A stretch of 37,474 bases of DNA from Macrostomum lignano. Lineage: Eukaryota. Below are positions 11,301 through 37,474 of this stretch, piece after piece (the stretch's first letter is position 1; each line of letters starts with the position of its first letter). The notes under the pieces were generated by a model. The model saw only the letters and a list, made by a program, of their open reading frames with translations, was not told where the DNA came from and searched no databases. A program made the position numbers and the translations under genes. The DNA lies in contig NIVC01004705.1 of assembly GCA_002269645.1 (NCBI GenBank), positions 1-37,474 of the forward strand, read 5' to 3'.

Positions 11301-14300
11301 AGATGGCGCCAACAGAACTGACATCTGGGATAGATGGCGCCAACAGAACTGACATCTGGGATAGATGACGCCAAAACTGACATCTGGGATAGATGGCGCC
11401 AAAACTGACATCTGGGATAGATGGCGCCAACAGAACTGACATCTGGGATAGATGGCGCCAAAACTGACATCTGGGATAGATGGCGCCAAAACTGACATCT
11501 GGGATAGATGCGCCAACAAAACTGACATCTGGGATAGATGGCGCCAAAACTGACATCTAGGATAGATGGCGCTAACAAAACTGACATCCGGGATAGATGG
11601 CGCCAAAACTGACATCTGGGATAGATGGCGCCAACAGAACTGACATCTGGGATAGATGGCGCCAACAAAACTGACATCTGGGATAGATGGCGCCAACAAA
11701 ACTGACATCTGGGATAGATGGCGCCAACAAAACTGACATCTGGGAGAGATGGCGCCAAAACTGACATTTGGGATAGATGGCGCCAACAGAACTGACATCT
11801 GGGATAGATGGCGCCAAAACTGACATCTGGGATAGATCGCGCCAACAAAACTGACATCTGGGATAGATGGCGCCAAAACTGACATCTGGGATAGATGGCG
11901 CCAACAAAACTGACATCTGGGATAGATGGCGCCAAAACTGACATCTGGGATAGATGGCGCCAAAACTGACATCTGGGATAGATGGCGCCAACAGAACTGA
12001 CATCTGGGATAGATGACGCCAAAACTGACATCTGGGATAGAAGGCGCCAAAACTGACATCTGGGATAGATGGCGCCAAAACGGACATCTGGGATAGATAG
12101 CGCCAACAAAACTGACATCTGGGATAGATGGCGCCAAAACTGACATCTGGGATAGATGGCGCCAAAACTGACATCTAGGATAGATGGCGCCAACAAAACT
12201 GACATCTGGGATAGATGGCGCCAAAACTGACATCTGGGATAGATGGCGCCAACAAAACTGACATCTGGGATAGTTGGCGCCAACAAAACTGACATCCGGG
12301 ATAGATGTCGCCAACAAAACTGACATCTGGGATAGATGGCGCCAACAAAACTGACATCCGGGATAGATGGCGCCAAAACTGACATCTGGGATAGATGGCG
12401 CCAACAAACTGACATCTGGGATAGATGGCGCCAAAACTGACATCTGGGATAGATGGCGCCAACAAAACTGACATCTGGGATAGATGGCGCCAACAAAACT
12501 GACATCTGGGATAGATGGCGCCAAAACTGACATCTGGGATAGATGGCGCCAACAAAACTGACATCTGGGATAGATGGCGCCAAAACTGACATCTGGGATA
12601 GATGGCGCCAACAAAACTGACATCTGGGATAGTTGGCGCCAACAAAACTGACATCCGGGATAGATGGCGCCAACAAAACTGACATCCGGGATAGATGTCG
12701 CCAACAAAACTGACATCTGGGATAGATGGCGCCAACAAAACTGACATCTGGGATAGATGGCGCCAAAACTGACATCTGGGATAGATGGCGCCAACAAAAC
12801 TGACATCTGGGATAGATGGCGCCAAAACTGACATCTGGGATAGATGGCGCCAACAAAACTGACATCTGGGATAGTTGGCGCCAACAAAACTGACATCCGG
12901 GATAGATGGCGCCAACAAAACTGACATCCGGGATAGATGTCGCCAACAAAACTGACATCTGGGATAGATGGCGCCAACAAAACTGACATCTGGGATAGAT
13001 GGCGCCAAAACTGACATCTGGGATAGATGGCGCCAACAAAACTGACATCTGGGATAGATGGCGCCAAAACTGACATCTGGGATAGATGGCGCCAACAAAA
13101 CTGACATCTGGGATAGATGGCGCCAACAAAACTGACATCTGGGATAGATGGCGCCAACAAAACTGACATCTGGGATAGATGGCGCCAAAACTGACATCTG
13201 GGATAGATGGCGCCAAAACTGACATCTGGGATAGATAGCGCCAACAAAACTGACATCTGGGATAGATGGCGCCAAAACTGACATCTGGGATAGATGGCGC
13301 CAACAAAACTGACATCTGGGATAGTTAGCGCCAACAAAACTGACATCCGGGATAGATGTCGCCAACAAAACTGACATCTGGGATAGATGGCGCCAACAAA
13401 ACTGACATCCGGGATAGATGGCGCCAAAACTGACATCTGGGATAGATGGCGCCAACAGAACTGACATCTGGGATAGATGGCGCCAAAACTGATATCTGGG
13501 ATAGATGGCGCCAACAAAACTGACATCTGGGATAGATGGCGCCAACAAAACTGACATCCGGGATAGATGGCGCCAACAAAACTGACATCTGGGATAGATG
13601 GCGCCAACAAAACTGACATCTGGGATAGATGGCGCCAACAAAACTGACATCTGGGAGAGATGGCGCCAAAACTGACATCTGGGATAGATGGCGCCAACAG
13701 AACTGACATCTGGGATAGATGGCGCCAAAACTGACATCTGGGATAGATGGCGCCAAAACTGACATCTGGGATAGATAGCGCCAACAGAACTGACATCTGG
13801 GATAGATGGCGCCAAAACTGACATCTGGGATAGATGGCGCCAACAAAACTGACATCTGGGATAGATGGCGCCAACAAAACTGACATCTGGGATAGATGGC
13901 GCCAAAACTGACATCTGGGATAGATGGCGCCAACAGAACTGACATCTGGGATAGATGACGCCAAAACTGACATCTGGGATAGATGGCGCCAAAACTGACA
14001 TCTGGGATAGATGGCGCCAAAACGACATCTGGGATAGATGCGCCAACAAAACTGACATCTGGGATAGATGGCGCCAAAACTGACATCTGGGATAGATGGC
14101 GCCAAAACTGACATCTAGGATAGATGGCGCCAACAAAACTGACATCTGGGATAGATGGCGCCAAAACTGACATCTGGGATAGATGGCGCCAACAAAACTG
14201 ACATCTGGGATAAATGGCGCCAATAAAACTGACATCCGGGATAGATGTCGCCAACAAAACTGACATCTGGGATAGATGGCGCCAACAAAACTGACATCCG

Positions 14301-15990
14301 GGATAGATGGCGCCAAAACTGACATCTGGGATAGATGGCGCCAACAGAACTGACATCTGGGATAGATGGCGCCAAAACTGATATCTGGGATAGATGGCGC
14401 CAACAAAACTGACATCTGGGATAGATGGCGCCAACAAAACTGACATCCGGGATAGATGGCGCCAACAAAACTGACATCTGGGATAGATGGCGCCAAAACT
14501 GACATCTGGGATAGATGGCGCCAACAAAACTGACATCTGGGATAGATGGCGCCAAAACTGACATCTGGGATAGATGGCGCCAACAAAACTGACATCTGGG
14601 ATAGATGGCGCCAAAACTGACATCTGGGATAGATGGCGCCAACAAAACTGACATCTAGGATAGATGGCGCCAACAAAACTGACATCTGGGATAGATGGCG
14701 CCAAAACTGACATCTGGGATAGATGGCGCCAAAACTGACATCTAGGATAGATGGCGCCAACAGAACTGACATCTGGGATAGATGGCGCCAAAACTGACAT
14801 CTGGGATAGATGGCGCCAACAGAACTGACATCTGGGATAGATGGCGCCAAAACTGACATCTGGGATAGATGGCGCCAAAACTGACATCTGGGATAGATAG
14901 CGCCAACAAAACTGACATCTGGGATAGATGGCGCCAAAACTGACATCTGGATAGATGGCGCCAACAAAACTGACATCTGGGATAGATGGCGCCAAAACTG
15001 ACATCTGGGATAGATGGCGCCAACAAAACTGACATCTGGGATAGTTGGCGCAACAAAACTGACATCCGGGATAGATGTCGCCAACAAAACTGACATCTGG
15101 GATAGATGGCGCCAACAAAACTGACATCCGGGATAGATGGCGCCAACAAAACTGACATCTGGGATAGATGGCGCCAACAAAACTGACATCTGGGATAGAT
15201 GGCGCCAAAACTGACATCTGGGATAGATGGCGCCAACAAAACTGACATCTGGGATAGATGGCGCCAAAACTGACATCTGGGATAGATGGCGCCAACAAAA
15301 CTGACATCTGGGATAGATGGCGCCAACAAAACTGACATCTGGGATAGATAGCGCAAAACTGACATCTGGGATAGATGGCGCCAAAACTGACATCTGGGAT
15401 AGATGGCGCCAAAACTGACATCTGGGATAGATGACGCCAACAAAACTGACATCTGGGATAGATGGCGCCAACAAAACTGACATCTGGGATAGATGGCGCC
15501 AACAAAACTGACATCCGGGATAGATGGCGCCAACAAAACTGACATCTGGGATAGATGGCGCCAACAAAACTGACATCTGGGATAGATAGCGCAAAAACTG
15601 ACATCTGGGATAGATGGCGCCAAAACTGACATCTGGGATAGATGGCGCCAAAACTGACATCTGGGATAGATGGCGCCAACAAAACTGACATCTGGGATAG
15701 ATGGCGCCAACAAAACTGACATTTGGGATAGATATGACGCCAACAAAACTGACATCTGGGATAGATATGACGCCAACAAAACTGACATCTGGGATAGATA
15801 TGACGCCAACAAAACTGACATCTGGGATAGATGGCGCCAAAACTGACATCTGGGATAGATGGCGCCAAAACTGACATCTGGGATAGATGGCGCCAACAAA
15901 ACTGACATCTGGGATAGATAGCGCCAACAAAACTGACATCTGGGATAGATGGCGCCAAAACTGACATCTGGGATAGATGGCGCCAACACT
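8328..15990. repeat. ~7.7-kb satellite of mixed 28-bp (AAAACTGACATCTGGGATAGATGGCGCC) and 31-bp (+AAC) units, ~260 copies
   Basis: Direct tandem reading. It explains all MSVLAPSIPDVSFGAIYPRCQFWRHLSQ-type ORFs (three 28-bp units give 28 aa). Confidence 0.99.
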
Positions 15991-16348
15991 GACGCCAAAA
16001 CAGAATCGTGCATGTGAAGTCTCCATGAAAAAGAACAGTTTTATAGCATAGACCCTATCTCATAATCGCACATCTACATGTACTACTAAATTAATTAAAT
16101 ATAATTAAATATGTAATAGATATATACATATAAACTTGTTTTTTGTTATTGCCAATTCGATCAAAATACGGTAATTATAGTATATACTAAAAAGATTATC
16201 AAGTTGAACTAAGCGTGTCCGTCTGTCACAATGGCTAAATAACAAAGGGATTAAACACGCGACCGCACCTGTCGCCGCCCTAGTCAATAGGAGAGAGATT
16301 AGCGATTTCAGTCACAGTTTTCCCAATGCTGTTTTGACATTTTTCAAG

Positions 16349-16611
16349 GTAAAAATAACACTAGGGGTGGAAGCAAGTGCGAAAAACAAGCTGTTTATTG
16401 CGATCAAGTTTGAAAATAATAATAGTATCAATGATTGCTAACTGCATACATTTGCGTGTGTCAGCTTGCAGAATTGGCGGCATATGGCAATGTTTTCGAC
16501 TAAGAATGGATTAATTTGATGGTGTATTTAAATTCAGTTGGAAAAAAGATTATTGTCAAGTTTGCATTGAGCTGAAATAGAAATTACTAAGTTAGATTTT
16601 TCATTCTATAG
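16349..16611 (+). other. Possible 5'-UTR intron, or outron acceptor, of the mucin-like gene
   Basis: Acceptor-like ttttcattctatAG ends at 16611, 25 nt before the ATG at 16637. A candidate donor AAG|GTAAAA lies at 16349. Confidence 0.4.
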
Positions 16612-16636
16612 AATTGTCTACAACTTTTCTGAAGTG

Positions 16637-37474
<20,838 letters not shown>

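Noticed and set aside
8328-15990. CRISPR array (repeat length 28-31 bp with dyad symmetry)
   Set aside because: Units are head-to-tail with no unique spacers, no cas genes are present, and the context is eukaryotic.
8181-16026. Very long minus-strand ORFs (up to 1516 aa) as real genes
   Set aside because: They are translations of a 28/31-bp satellite. All three frames give the same cyclic peptide, and there is no unique coding context.

Overview
Eukaryotic (invertebrate animal) genomic DNA with two multi-exon genes arranged head-to-head around an 11-kb satellite-dominated spacer. (1) Minus strand, 5593 to at least 799: the 5' part of an ERG-subfamily (KCNH2/6/7-like) voltage-gated K+ channel gene. 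It shows the N-Cap, PAS, PAC, a Gly-rich linker and the HNVSEKVA motif; the channel core lies beyond the left edge. (2) The spacer holds a two-exon DUF4806-like remnant between a short array and a ~7.7-kb array of the same 28/31-bp satellite. (3) Plus strand, 16637 to beyond 37474: a giant secreted SCO-spondin/hemolectin/gel-forming-mucin-like gene. I assembled 21 coding exons by hand with canonical GT-AG sites and consistent phases; exons 1-20 sum to 5040 nt (1680 codons). Domain order is signal peptide, EMI-like, EGF, TB-like, three VWD-C8-TIL assemblies and five LDLa modules. A giant exon follows, made of near-identical 1470-bp (490-aa) units, each with two related ~163-aa Cys-bounded discoidin-like domains separated by Thr-rich stalks. 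Fourteen of the first 16 introns each carry a different short tandem repeat. Almost all long ORFs in the supplied track are repeat artefacts. The repeat-stuffed introns and scattered 1-bp indels suggest a long-read assembly of a simple-repeat-rich invertebrate, possibly a free-living flatworm such as Macrostomum (inference only).
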